Origin: Nannocystis sp.
GTDB lineage: Bacteria > Myxococcota_A > Polyangia > Nannocystales > Nannocystaceae
DNA length: 64,000 nt
Direction: 5' to 3'
Assembly: GCF_016714285.1 (NCBI RefSeq)
Contig: NZ_JADJNN010000008.1
Span: forward strand, 68,669 to 132,668
This document shows, piece after piece, positions 39,587-50,525 of the stretch. How positions within the stretch are numbered: the first letter of the stretch is position 1; each line of letters opens with the position of its first letter. The translations under genes were made by a program, and so were the position numbers. The notes below the pieces were generated by a model. That model saw nothing but the letters and a program-made list of their open reading frames with translations, was not told the DNA's origin and made no database searches.

Positions 39587-42166
39587 ATGAGTCCCGACAT
39601 GCACGGATCGCTGCTGCACCTCGGCTGGCCGCTGCTGTGCGTGCGCCTCGCGGAGGGGCTGCGCTCGCCGATGGCGCTGGCCCGGCTCGAGGCGGAGCTC
39701 GAGGGCGCGAACGGGGGGCTGCTGTCCGCGGCTGAGTATGCGGGCAGTGTGGCGGGCCGCAGCGCCGACGCGGACGCTGTTTCGCTGCGGCTGCGGGAGC
39801 AGGACGGGCTCGCGGCGATGCTCGCCGTGCAGGCGACGGATGGGGGATCCCCGGGGCTCGGCGAGGCGTTGGCGCAGACGAGCGATCTCCTCGAGGTCGC
39901 GCCGAGGGCGACGCGTGGGCTGATGCTCGAGGTGAGCGAGCTGTACGCGGTGTTGCAGCAGCTGCGGGCGGCGGCGGTGTGCGTCGACCTTCACGCGGCG
40001 GCGCGTGAGGAGCGGGGCTACGCGAGCGAGCCGGGGGTCGCGGCGATCGGGCTGCGGGTCGCGGCGCTGCGGGTGCATCGCGAGTTGATGGCGACGCTCG
40101 GGCGATCGCTGGGGCCCGAGGGGCCGGACGGGGCGCCGGCGGTGGTCGACGGGGCCAGCCCGACGCTGGCGCGTGCGCGCGGGCGGGTGCGGGAGCTGCG
40201 GGTGCAGATCGCCAAGGTGGCGCAGCGGCTGATGAAGCAGCCGGGCATCGCGGAGGCGCTGCAGGACAGCTTCTACACCGAACGCGAGGGGCGGCTGGTG
40301 CTGCCGGTGCGGGCCGACGCGTTCTCGCGGCGCGGCGCGGTGGCGGGGATCATTCATGACTCGAGCGCGTCGGGGCAGACCTTGTATGTCGAACCGGCGG
40401 CGCTGATGGAGGAGAACAACGCGCTGCGCGAGGCCCAGCTGGCGGCGGCGGCCGAGGAGCGCAAGGTGCTGGAGCAGCTGAGCCGGCTGGTGCACGCGGC
40501 GGCGGGGTCGTTGCGGGACAATCAGGAGCAGCTGATCGCGATCGACGCGGTGCAGGCGCGGCTGCGGCTGGCGGAGCGCTACGCCGGGGTGGCGCCGCGG
40601 GTGGGCGAGGATGTCCCGGAGGACAGGCGAGGGGTGTTCTGGTTGCCGCAGGCGCGGCACCCCCTGATGTTGCTTGCGGGCGTGGAGGTGGTGGCCAACG
40701 AGCTGCTGCTCACGGTGGGGGCGGCGCTGGTGATCAGCGGGCCGAACGCGGGCGGGAAGACGGTGGCGCTGAAGACGTTGGGGATCTGTTGTCTGATGGC
40801 GCAGGCGGGCCTGCGGCTGCCGACGAAGGGGGCGGCCTGCGTGCCGCTGGTGCGGCGGATCGTGACGGATGTCGGGGATGACCAGTCGATCGCGGCGAAC
40901 CTGAGCACCTTCTCGGCGCACATGCGGCACGTGTGCGAGGCGCTGGACTCGGCGGCGAGCGACGGGGCGGGGACGCTGGTGCTGCTCGATGAGGTGGCGG
41001 TCGGGACGGAGCCGGAGCAGGGGGCGGCGCTGGCGGAGTCGATCTTGCTCGACCTGACGCAGCACGGGGCGACGGTGGTGACGACGACGCACTACGAGCG
41101 GCTGAAGCTGCTGGCGGTGGCGCACCCGGGGCGCTTCGTGAACGCGTCGGTGGGCTTCGACCTGGCGGCGATGCGGCCGACCTTTCGCCTGCTGCTCGGG
41201 GTGCCGGGGCCGTCGAGCGCGCTGACGGTGGCGCGCCGGCTGGGGCTGCCGGAGCGGGTGCTGGTGCACGCGGCGTCGCTGCTGGACGACGAGCGCCTGC
41301 AGGTGGACGCGCTGCTGCAACAGGTGGTGAGCGAGCGCGACGCGTTGATCACGGCGCGGGCGGACGTGGAGAAGGAGCGCAGGTCGCTGGCGGATCGCGG
41401 GCGCGAGGTGGCGCGCAGGGAGGCGGCGCTGCTCGAGCAGAGCAAGAGCCGCAAGCAAAAGGCGTACGAGCAGGCCGCGGGCGAGCTGCGGGCGCTGCAC
41501 GGGGAATTGACGGAGCAGCGCAAGGCGCTGCGCAAGGCGCAGAAGGGCGGCGAGCTGCCCGCGGTGGCGGCGACGGCGGAGCAGTTGACGGCGCGGGTGA
41601 GCGAGGCGCGGGCCCAGCTGGCGGAGCAGCGGGAGCCGGTGGCGCCGGTGCCGGGGCGACCGCCGAGGCAGCTGCAACCCGGCGACAGGGTGCGGCTGGC
41701 GACGCTGGGCAGCGAGGGCGAGGTGGTGTCGGTGAAGGGGGAGAAGGTGGTGGTGCAGCTCGGGACGGTGCGCACGACGGTGGCGCTGGCCGACCTGCGG
41801 GCGACGAAGGAGCCAGCGCGGGTGAAGGTGAAGTCGCAGGCGGCGGCGCCGATGAAGCAGTGGGACAGCTCGGAGGCGGCGAAGCACTTCGGGGCGGAGG
41901 CGCTGGCGGTGGTGCCGGGGATCGACAACAGCGTGGATGTCCGTGGAGAGCGGGCCGAGGACGCGCTGCGGATGATGGAGCTGATGCTCGACGAGGCGAT
42001 GCGTCGCGATCGTGAGGTCGTGGTGATCATCCACGGGCACGGATCGGGGGCGCTGAAGAAGGCGGTGCGCGAGCAGCTCGCGGCGCTGGCCTTCGTCCGC
42101 AAGTCGCGGCCAGGGCTGCCGGTGGAGGGCGGCGAGGGGGTGACGGTGGCGTGGCTCGGGCTGTGA
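39587..42166 (+). CDS. mutS2: endonuclease MutS2 (MutS2/Smr)
   Basis: The ATPase Walker A is ISGPNAGGKTVALKT, with ...LVLLDEVAVGTEPEQG.... The C-terminal Smr domain is VDVRGERAEDAL...VVIIHGHGSGALKKAVREQL. Confidence 0.9.
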   Translation: MSPDMHGSLLHLGWPLLCVRLAEGLRSPMALARLEAELEGANGGLLSAAEYAGSVAGRSADADAVSLRLREQDGLAAMLAVQATDGGSPGLGEALAQTSDLLEVAPRATRGLMLEVSELYAVLQQLRAAAVCVDLHAAAREERGYASEPGVAAIGLRVAALRVHRELMATLGRSLGPEGPDGAPAVVDGASPTLARARGRVRELRVQIAKVAQRLMKQPGIAEALQDSFYTEREGRLVLPVRADAFSRRGAVAGIIHDSSASGQTLYVEPAALMEENNALREAQLAAAAEERKVLEQLSRLVHAAAGSLRDNQEQLIAIDAVQARLRLAERYAGVAPRVGEDVPEDRRGVFWLPQARHPLMLLAGVEVVANELLLTVGAALVISGPNAGGKTVALKTLGICCLMAQAGLRLPTKGAACVPLVRRIVTDVGDDQSIAANLSTFSAHMRHVCEALDSAASDGAGTLVLLDEVAVGTEPEQGAALAESILLDLTQHGATVVTTTHYERLKLLAVAHPGRFVNASVGFDLAAMRPTFRLLLGVPGPSSALTVARRLGLPERVLVHAASLLDDERLQVDALLQQVVSERDALITARADVEKERRSLADRGREVARREAALLEQSKSRKQKAYEQAAGELRALHGELTEQRKALRKAQKGGELPAVAATAEQLTARVSEARAQLAEQREPVAPVPGRPPRQLQPGDRVRLATLGSEGEVVSVKGEKVVVQLGTVRTTVALADLRATKEPARVKVKSQAAAPMKQWDSSEAAKHFGAEALAVVPGIDNSVDVRGERAEDALRMMELMLDEAMRRDREVVVIIHGHGSGALKKAVREQLAALAFVRKSRPGLPVEGGEGVTVAWLGL

Positions 42167-42196
42167 CGGGGTGACGGTGGCGCGCGGGCGGAGGTA

Positions 42197-42210
42197 GGAT
42201 GGGACATGTC
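42197..42210. promoter_or_regulatory. perfect 12-bp palindrome GGGACATGTCCC containing the sppA1 start codon; member of a recurrent GGGACA/TGTCCC motif family
   Basis: Read directly; see the finding on the GGGACA motif. Confidence 0.3.
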
Positions 42211-44884
42211 CCGAGGTTCAGGATGGGCGGCGCTGGTGGTGCTGACGCTGGCGAGCCCGGTGGTGGCTGCTCCGCCGCTGCTGCCAGGGGACGCGACCGG
42301 GGAGGGTCGCTCGCTGCTGCGGGACGTCGATCGCACGCGCACCAACGTGGCCGGGGAGGCGGACGCGGCGGCGGTGGTGGCCAATCCCGCGAACATGGGC
42401 TTCTTGAAGGCGATCGGCGGGGTGATCGAGGGGTCGTGGACGCGGGCGACGGCGCAGCGGCGCGGCAGCGGGGTCGGGGCCTTCGTGGCGCTGCCGCTGT
42501 CGCTCAAGCTGTTCGGGCGCAGCGTGGCGGAGAGTTTCTTGGCGCTCGGGATCGGGTACCAGCACCTGCGGCCGACCAGCGTGTGGTTCCCGCAGGGGCA
42601 GGTCGCGGCCTACGAGCTCGGCGGGCGGACTGCGGCGGATCTGCCGTATCACAAGGTGTCGCTGTCGGCGGCGCTGCCGTTGATGCGCTGGGCGCCGGGG
42701 CTGGCGCTCGGGCTGTCGTACAGTCGCTTGTGGTCGGCGCGTAACCTGGCGGCGGACGACCTGAACCAGGTCGATCTGGCGATCGGGTATCGGCCGCATC
42801 GGGTGGTCGCGGTGGGGCTGGTGGCGCGGGCGATCAACATGCCGCGGGCGCACGGGGACGCGACGATCGTGCCGTCGCTGCCGGCGGTGGTCCAGCCCTT
42901 CGAGCTCGACCCGGAGCTGGCGCTGCGACCGATCCGCGGGACGCGGGCGCTCGAGCTGGCGGTGGGGGCGAGGATCGTGCCAGTGCAGCCGGTGCTGGAC
43001 CCGCGTTACGCGTTGCCGGTGCTCTCGCCGCGGGTGCGCGTGGAGGCGGGCGGGCGCGGGGTCCGGGTGTTCGCGGAGGGCGAGCGCTACGCGAGCGCGA
43101 CGGCGTCGGGGTCCGCCGCGGGGCTGCGCTTCATGACGGGGGTGGAGTTCGACCTGGCGAATGTCGGGCTGGCGGTGGCGCCTTCGTTCGGCAGCGGTGG
43201 TGGCGGGGCGGCGGGGGTGCAGGGCTTCGCGGGCAAGCTGCGGGTGTCGGCGGAGCGCTATGCGAGCCTGGCCGATCGGACAGGTGAGGCGCTGCGGGTG
43301 GACGTCGGCGCGTACGCGGGGGACCGCGGGATGTTCCGCCTGGTCGAGCTCATCGATCGCCTGGGCGAGCAGCACGGGGCGCTGCTGCTGCTCGAGGTCG
43401 AGACGCTGCGCCTGGGCTACGCGCAGATCGAGGAGGTGCGCGAGGCGCTGCTGCGGCTGCGGGCGCGCGGCGGGCGGGTCGCGGTGTATCTGCGCGGCGG
43501 GGGGATCCGCGAGTACTTCCTGGCGAGCGCGGCGGAGCGGATCTTCAGCCACCCGAACTCGCGGCTGTCGATCGTCGGGCTGCGGGTGGAGGTGTTCTTC
43601 TTCGCCGATCTGCTGGCGAAGCTGGGGGCGCGGGCGGAGTTCGTGCGGGTGGCGGAGTACAAGTCGCGGCCGGAGCAGTTCGAGCTGCGCAGCAGCAGCG
43701 AGCCGTCGGCGACGCAGCGGCAGCTGCTGGTGACGGACACGTGGAATCACCTCGTACGCCTGATCGGGCGCGGACGCGGGAAGACGGAGAAGCAGGTGGC
43801 GGACTGGGTCGACGCGGCGCCGCACGCCCCGGAGGGGGCGCTCGGGGTGGGGCTGGTCGACGAGCTGGCGTACGTCGACGAGCTCGAGGCGAGGCTCGGG
43901 AGCTGGCTCGGGCGGCGGGTGAAGCTGAAGGCGCCGGGCAAGCGACCGGCGCACGCGGAGGCGTACGGGCCGGGGCCGCAGGTGGCGGTGCTGCACATCG
44001 AGGGGACGATGAGCGACGGGGTGAGCCTCGAGATCCCGATCGTCGGCAGCAAGCTCGCGGGGAGCGAGACGCTGGTGAAGCAGATCGACGCGCTGCGGGA
44101 GGATCGCCGGGTGAAGGCGGTGGTCGTGCGCATCGACAGCCCGGGCGGGTCAGTGGCGGCGGCCGACGCGATGACGCGGGCGCTCGAGCGGACCGCGAAG
44201 GTGAAGCCGGTCGTGATCTCGATGGGCAACGTGGCGGCGTCGGGCGGCTACTACGTGGCGACGGCGGGGCAGTACATCTTCAGCGACGCGCTGACGCGGA
44301 CGGGGAGCATCGGGATCTTTCGGCCGAAGGTCGACCTGTCGGGCACGCTGAAGCTGTTCGGCGTCGGTGTCGATGAGATCAGCGTGGGGGCGAAGGCGGG
44401 GCTGTACTCGTGGTGGAAGCCGTACACGCCGGAGGAGCGCGCGGCGGCCCAGAGCGGCATCGAGGCGCAGTACCAGATCTTCGTGCAGCGGGTCGCGCGG
44501 GCGCGGGCGATGGCGCCGGCGGAGGTCGACCGTGTGGCGCGCGGGCGGATCTGGAGCGGGGTGCGGGCGCAGGAGATCGGCCTCGTCGACGCGTACGGCG
44601 GCCTGCGCGAGGCGGTTTTGCACGCGCGGGCGCTGGCCAAGCTGGGGCCGACGGACGGCGAGCTGCGGCACTATCCGCGGCCGCCGAATCTGGTGGAGCA
44701 GATCGACGCGCTGTTCGGGCTGCGCCTGCCGTCGCCCCTGGGGCTGCGTGGCGGGTCCGTGGCTGGGGCGGAGCTCGTCGACGGCGCGCTGCTCTGGGTG
44801 CTGCGGCGTTTACCCGCGACCGTGTGGTGGATGTCGGGACCGGAGCCGCTGGCGATGGCGGAGGAGGTCGTCACCCTGGAGTAA
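42206..44884 (+). CDS. sppA: signal peptide peptidase A-like serine protease (SppA 67K type, two S49 domains) with a ~350-aa N-terminal beta-rich domain of unknown function
   Basis: The signal peptide is ALVVLTLASPVVAAP. The S49 domains carry the catalytic Ser in GNVAASGGYY. It is paralogous to 51800-54442. Confidence 0.8.
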   Translation: MSRGSGWAALVVLTLASPVVAAPPLLPGDATGEGRSLLRDVDRTRTNVAGEADAAAVVANPANMGFLKAIGGVIEGSWTRATAQRRGSGVGAFVALPLSLKLFGRSVAESFLALGIGYQHLRPTSVWFPQGQVAAYELGGRTAADLPYHKVSLSAALPLMRWAPGLALGLSYSRLWSARNLAADDLNQVDLAIGYRPHRVVAVGLVARAINMPRAHGDATIVPSLPAVVQPFELDPELALRPIRGTRALELAVGARIVPVQPVLDPRYALPVLSPRVRVEAGGRGVRVFAEGERYASATASGSAAGLRFMTGVEFDLANVGLAVAPSFGSGGGGAAGVQGFAGKLRVSAERYASLADRTGEALRVDVGAYAGDRGMFRLVELIDRLGEQHGALLLLEVETLRLGYAQIEEVREALLRLRARGGRVAVYLRGGGIREYFLASAAERIFSHPNSRLSIVGLRVEVFFFADLLAKLGARAEFVRVAEYKSRPEQFELRSSSEPSATQRQLLVTDTWNHLVRLIGRGRGKTEKQVADWVDAAPHAPEGALGVGLVDELAYVDELEARLGSWLGRRVKLKAPGKRPAHAEAYGPGPQVAVLHIEGTMSDGVSLEIPIVGSKLAGSETLVKQIDALREDRRVKAVVVRIDSPGGSVAAADAMTRALERTAKVKPVVISMGNVAASGGYYVATAGQYIFSDALTRTGSIGIFRPKVDLSGTLKLFGVGVDEISVGAKAGLYSWWKPYTPEERAAAQSGIEAQYQIFVQRVARARAMAPAEVDRVARGRIWSGVRAQEIGLVDAYGGLREAVLHARALAKLGPTDGELRHYPRPPNLVEQIDALFGLRLPSPLGLRGGSVAGAELVDGALLWVLRRLPATVWWMSGPEPLAMAEEVVTLE

Positions 44885-44935
44885 GCGACCCCCGCGCCTC
44901 GTTTTTCGGTACCCTCCAGCCACGCGGAGGTTTTC

Positions 44936-45670
44936 ATGGCGCTCACGCCCGAACAGGAGTGGACCTTGGTGGGATGCGGGCTCGTGGCCCATGCCGATGA
45001 GATCCTCGATATCGGCGAGTGGGACGAGGTGCTCCGCTACGTCGGGTCGACCCTGAGCGAGGCGGACCAGCAGGTGTGGATGGAGATTCTCTCCGACCAG
45101 GATCAGCTGGAGCAGCGCTTCGGTGAGCTCAGGCCGCTGCCGGAGGGGAGCGGCGAGGAGTTGCTGCGGCGCTGCTGGCAGATGGCGCTGGCGGACGGGG
45201 TCGGGACGGACATCGAGGCGAGCGTGCACGACCGCATCGCCCGGCGAGTCGGCGTGGACCTCGATGTGGTGGCGCGCTGGCGTGAGACCTGGACCCGGCA
45301 GGCGCACGCGCGCGCGGAGCTCACCGTGAGCCTGGCGGCGATGTTCGTGAACCTCGACGGGCACCTCGATTTTCACGAGGCGATTCACTTCGACAACCTG
45401 CTCGAGCGGCTGCCGATCCCGGTCGGGCGGCGGGTCGAGCTGTCGGAGCTGCTGCACTCGCCGCCGACCTTCGAGGCGCTGGTCGAGCGGCTGATGACGC
45501 TCGACACGGCCGAGCGCGTGCGCGCGCTGCACTCGCTGGTGCCGCTGCTGCGGGCGAGCCGGCGCGGCGGCCGGGAGCGTGAGCTGTTCTTCTCGCTGTC
45601 GCGCAAGGTGCTGGGGAGCCAGCCCGGGGAGGTCGAGCGGCTGCTCGACCCCGACGCGGGCAACCAGTGA
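44936..45670 (+). CDS. hypothetical protein, possibly TerB-like (tellurite-resistance TerB fold), two helical domains
   Basis: LVGCGLVAHADEILDIGEWDEVLRYVG...LAAMFVNLDGHLDFHEAIHFDNLLE weakly resembles TerB. Confidence 0.4.
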   Translation: MALTPEQEWTLVGCGLVAHADEILDIGEWDEVLRYVGSTLSEADQQVWMEILSDQDQLEQRFGELRPLPEGSGEELLRRCWQMALADGVGTDIEASVHDRIARRVGVDLDVVARWRETWTRQAHARAELTVSLAAMFVNLDGHLDFHEAIHFDNLLERLPIPVGRRVELSELLHSPPTFEALVERLMTLDTAERVRALHSLVPLLRASRRGGRERELFFSLSRKVLGSQPGEVERLLDPDAGNQ

Positions 45671-45679
45671 TGTCGGCGA

Positions 45680-45734
<55 letters not shown>

Positions 45735-45735
<1 letters not shown>

Positions 45736-47015
45736 CAGGGACAGTCGGTGTCGACGTCGCGCTTGAAGGAGCGGCCGGTGGCGAACACCATGAGGCGCTG
45801 GTAGGCGGCGTAGGGGCCGTAGGCGTAGAGGTTGCCGCCGTTGATGAGGGTGGCGCCTGCTGGCTGCGGGCAGCCGTTGAGGCAGGTCCAGTTGCCGTTC
45901 TCGAAGATGGTGGGCCCGCCGATCGGGGGGTCGGCGGCCCAGAAGACCTGGTCGTGGACGACGATGCCGGTGCTCTCGGGGTTGATGCCGGGCTCGATGT
46001 CGAGGGTGCTGATGAAGCGGTCGCGGACGATGACCTTGGCGAACTGCTCGCCCATCGGGACGGCGGTCAGCTCGGCCTCGCCGCTCCACTTGCCGGCGAT
46101 GTAGATGCCCTGGCTCTGCTCCTGCAGCTGGGCGCGGCCGGTGTACAGATCGGTGGTGAGGTGGTCGGGGCCGGCGAGGCCGAGGTTGGGGCCGAGCAGG
46201 GCGTAGGTCATGCGCAGGCGGAAGGGCGCGGGGAACTCCTCGCCGAGCACGCCGAGGGTGTCCCACGGGAGCTGGCGCTCCCAGGTGTCGACGTGCATGA
46301 CGAGCTGGCCGGGCTCGACCCAGAGGAAGCCCGTGGCGAGGGTGTCGACGCTGCAGTCGGCGGAGGTCTCGCGCCAGGTGAAATTGCCGTTGTCGTCGAT
46401 GGTGAGGATCGAGTCGCCGGTGGTGTTGTCGGGGGCCCACTGGAGGCTCCAGGTGCCGATGAGGTCGACCTCCTGTACGCCGAAGATCTCGTCGCCAAAG
46501 GCGCCTGCCGGGGGGAAGGCGTCGACGTCGCCGGTGGTGCCGGTGCCGGTGTCGGTGTCGGTGCCCGTGCCCGTGTCCGTGCCCGTGCCGGTGTCGGTGC
46601 CGGTGCCGGTGCCGGTGCCGGTGCCGGTGTCGGTGTCGGTGCCCGTGGTGCTGGTGCTCAGCGTGGTGTCGGTGTCGATCGACGTGCTGCTGCTCGTGCT
46701 GGTGGTCGTGTCGGTGTAGCCGGTGGTCGGGTAGTAGCCCTCGTCGTAGCCGGTGTCATAGCCGGTGTCGGGGAAGGGGCCCTCGTCGGTGTAGCCGGTG
46801 GTCGGGTAGTAGCCCTCGTCCGTGTAGCAGTCGTAGTCGCTGCAATAGGGGCCCTCTTCGCTGTAGGGGCCGGTGTCGCTGTAGGTGTCCGTGCCGCAGA
46901 ACTCGGCGCAGCCGTCGTCGTCGGCGATCTCGCCGTCGATGCAGCCGCTGGTGGTGAAGCTGAGGCCGACGAAGCCGGCGGCGATGCTGCGGGCGCGAGT
47001 GATGCGATAAGCCAT
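45735..47015 (-). CDS. lipoprotein with a Tyr/Gly/Asp-rich region and a (Thr-Gly/Thr-Asp)n low-complexity linker; function unknown
   Basis: The lipobox is LSFTTSGC. A long TGTDTGTGTG... linker is encoded by a GTGCCG/GTGTCG hexamer tract at about 46530-46660. Confidence 0.55.
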
Positions 47016-47082
47016 GACGAGACCTCCAGACCAACACGGCGATACGCCGTCGGTCGATGATGTTCGCGGGCGGGCGGCCGCG

Positions 47083-50000
47083 TCAAGGTCCGGCGTCGCG
47101 CGCGGGGGTTGCGGTCTGCGGGGCCGCGTAGGGGAAGATGTCCGAAGCGCGCAGCTCGACCAGCTCGGCCTGCAGCAGCTGGCGCAGCGCGGCGAGGTCG
47201 ATGCGCCGACGATCGGCGAGCACGCTGACGATCGCGGGGGCGGTGAAGTGGTGCTGCAAAGCTTGCAGCTGCGGTGCGGCGAGCGACTGCAGGGTTGCGA
47301 GCTCCCAGGCACGCGGGTCGCCGGTCTCGCCGCGCTCGGCCCATACTTGGACCCAGTCGGGCACGCGTCGCGGGGGGATGCGGGTGGCGACCATCTCGCG
47401 GGTGAGGGCGACGCGGGCCGCGGCGATGCGATCGTCGCCGGGATCGGGGGCACGCAGGATCTCGAGCAGGAGCGTGAGGGCCTCGCGGCTCTTGTCGGCC
47501 TGGGTGCCGAGGCGGCCGAGCAGGGCGGCGCCGTCGATGTCGCGGGCGCCGGCGATGAGCAGGCCGGAGGCGCTGTAGGCGAGGCCGCGGGCCTCGCGGA
47601 TCTGCTGGAACACGAGGCCGCTCATGTCGCCGCCCAAGATCTGGTTGAGCAGGCGCGCCGCGGGGCGATCGCTGCGGGGCAGCGGCGGGCTGGCCAGGGC
47701 GACCTCGATCTGGGCCTGGGCCATGTCGCGGTGGAGGAAGAAAATTGTCGGGGTCGCGAGTGGACGCAGGGCTCGGGGCGGTCGCGGGGCGACGGGCTTG
47801 CCGGCGCTCGCGGGCAGGGCGGTCACCAACGCGTCGGCGATGCGGGGGCCGAAGTAGAGGTGATGACGCGAGCTGTCCGCGAGGACAGCCAGCTCGCGGG
47901 CGAGCTCGGGGCCGCGGGCCTGGCGGAGCTGGCGGTCGCCCGGGCGGGTGAGGATGTCGCTGGCGGGGCCGCGGCGGGCGTACTCGGCGAGGGCCTCGGC
48001 GAGCGCCTCGGGGTCGTCCTGCTCGTCGCGGCGGAGGCTGAGGGTGTTGGCGAGGAGGTCGCGGACGGTGTCGTCGTCGAAGCCGGGGCGGCGCAGCCAG
48101 GTGTCGAGGAGGGCGAGGCTCTGCTCGAGGTGCTCGTCGACGCCGGTGACGAAGATGCGGGTCTGGTCGGCGCCGCAGTCGGTGTCGATGGTGGTGCCGA
48201 GCTGGAACAGGCGGCGCTGGAGCGCCTCGGCGTCGAGGTCACCGGCGCCGGAGAGGGCGAGGAGGTCGAGGGCGTGGCCGAGGAGCGGGCGCTGGCGGGT
48301 GCCGAGCTCGAAGCGGAGGGTGAGGGAAAACAGGTCGCTGCGGCGGTTCTGGGCAGCGATCAGGGGGCCGGCGGGGGTGCTGCGGCGGGTGTAGTCGCGG
48401 CCTTCTTGCAGCCACACGGGGTCGGGGTCGGGGGCGGCCTCGGCGAGCAGCTCGGCGGCGAAGCGGCTGATGCGGGCGGGGTCGATCGGCACCGGGGTGA
48501 TGACCGGCTTGGGCATCTTCGGCGGGTCGTGGCGGCCGCGCTTGCGCACGATCGCTACGTGGTCGGCGCCGAGGTAGGTGGCGGCGACGCGGAGGATGTC
48601 GCCGTGGGTGACGCGGGCCATGGCGGCGACGAAGCGGACGTGCTCGGGCCAGCTGCGGCGCTCGAGGTAGGCGTCGGCGATCCAGCTGACGCGGCCGTTG
48701 TTGGACTCGCGGGCCATCTGCTCGCGGATCTGCTCGTGGAGGACGATCGCGTCGATGTCGGCCTGGGTGAAGGCGCCGGCCTTGAGGTCGGTGATGACGG
48801 AGCGCAGGAGGCGTTCGACCTCGGCGTGGCTCTGGTCGTCGCGGGCGACGCCGGTGAGCGCGAAGTAGCCGCCGTCGACCAGCTGCTCGCCGTGGCCGTC
48901 GGCGTCGGGCAGCTCGCCCGAGAGCAGGAGGCGGACGTTGAGCAGGCCGCTGACGTCGTTGTCGACGAGCTCGGCGAGCACGGCGAGCGCGGGCTCGTCG
49001 GGGTGGCCGGCGGGGACGGTGCGCCAGGCGAGGGTGACCGACTGCTCGCCCTCGGCGGTGATGATGCGCTCGATGCGACCGACGGGGCCGTCGAGGGCGC
49101 CGGGCGGGGGTGGTGGGAGCTGTCCCGGAGACCATGTCGCAAAGGCCAGCTCGAGGGCGGCGAGGGCGGCGGTGGGGTCGAGGTCGCCGGCGAGGATCAG
49201 GGCGGCGTTGTTGGGGAGGTACCAGCGTCGGTGGTAGGCGACCATCTCGGCGAGGGCGGGGTTACGCAGGTGCTCGGCGTCGCCGAGGATCGTCTGGGTG
49301 CCATAGGGGTGGCGCGGGAACAGGGCCAGGCGCAGGGCCTCGTCCATGCGGTCCTCGGGGGTGTCGAGGCTGATGTTCTTCTCCTCGTAGACGGCCTCGA
49401 GCTCGGGGAGGAACAGGCGGAAGGTGGGCGCGGCGAGGCGCTCGGCCTCGACGCGGGCCCACGCGGCGAGGCGCGCGGCCGGGAGGTCGGCCATGTAGAC
49501 GGTGGTGTCGTCGGTCGTGAAGGCGTTGACGTCGAGGATGCCGAGGCCGGCGTAGAGGCGGTCGAGCTCGTTGGGGATCGCGGTGACGGCCGCGGACTGC
49601 GTGGCGGCGTCGATGTCGGCGAGGATCGCGGCGCGCTCGCCGGGCGTGGAGCGCGGGAGCCGATCGTAGAGGGCGGCGGTGCGGGCGAGGTGCGGCCGCT
49701 CGGCGTCGGCGTCGAGGGTGCCGAGCCTGGCGGTGCCCTTGAACATCATGTGCTCGAGGTAGTGGGCGAGGCCGGTCGAGTGGGCGGGGTCGTGGCGGCT
49801 GCCGGCTCGAATCGCGATCCAGGCGGAGATCCGGGGCTGCTCGCGGTCGACGCTGAGGTAGACGGTGAGGCCGTTGGACAGGCGGTGGATCGTGACGGCG
49901 AGAGGGTCGTCGGGGAGCGGGGTGGGGAGGGGGCGGGGCGTCGGGGGCGTAGGCGATCGCGGTGGGGCCGCCGGTGCGGGGGCGACGGGGGGGCGAGGAG

Positions 50001-50090
50001 GGAGGTGGCGGTGCTTTCGGTCATGTCGCTGGGACGAGGGGCGCAGGCCAGGAGGGCCGCGAGGCAGAGCAGGAGGCGGGTGCGGCTCAC
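47083..50090 (-). CDS. M16-family (pitrilysin-like) zinc peptidase, two M16 units; apparent frame disruption between the signal-peptide/lipobox ORF (GTG 50090) and the catalytic ORF
   Basis: The inverted zinc motif is HYLEHMMFKG (HxxEH). The main ORF extends only with an Arg/Pro-rich, signal-less N-terminus. A separate frame starting at 50090 reads MSRTRLLLCLAALLACAP and merges with the main frame in a Pro-rich linker. Confidence 0.7.
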
Positions 50091-50525
50091 GCCGGCGGGG
50101 TTCCTGGGTCGGGGAGGTATTCGTAGGTGCGCTCGATTGCGCGGAGGAGGGCGTCGCAGGCGAGGAGCGTGTTGACGGCGGCTGCGAGCGACGTGTTTGC
50201 GGCGACGACATCAGCTGTCGGATAGCCCTCGAGGAGGGTGTCGTTGTGACGCTTGCCGAGGCAGAGAGCTGATCGGAGGGTGGGCCTCGTCGTCGAGCAG
50301 CGAACGGTCCGCACGCCAGGCTGCGAGCAGCTCGGGGCACCGACAGTCTGCAGTATGTCGGCATAACTGCAGAGCCCGGTCGGTGTTCTGGTAGAGCCAT
50401 GCCTCGAGTTCCCAGTAGGGGACAAGCGTGAAATAGCGGGTCATGAGGCCATCGATCTCCGCGTCAGGTACGCCCTTCAGGGCGAGGCGAACGCGGACGT
50501 GGTCGAGGATCTCGTCACTCACCAC
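50087..50525 (-). CDS. small (~146 aa) helical protein with a C-x-H-x4-C-x-C motif, partner of the upstream ATPase; apparent 1-bp frame disruption near 50270-50290
   Basis: The first frame reads MVSDEILDHVRVRLALKGVPDAEIDGLMTRYFTLVPYWELEAWLYQNTDRALQLCRHTADCRCPELLAAWRADRSLLDDEAHP. The second frame reads ...LGKRHNDTLLEGYPTADVVAANTSLAAAVNTLLACDALLRAIERTYEYLPDPGTPPA*. The GTG start overlaps the ATPase stop, and the stop overlaps the M16 GTG start (GTGA). Confidence 0.4.

Noticed and set aside
39464-42040. 858-aa minus-strand ORF
   Set aside because: Antisense to mutS2, Arg/Pro/His-rich.
47014-50175. 1053-aa plus-strand ORF
   Set aside because: Antisense to the M16 peptidase, with no motifs.
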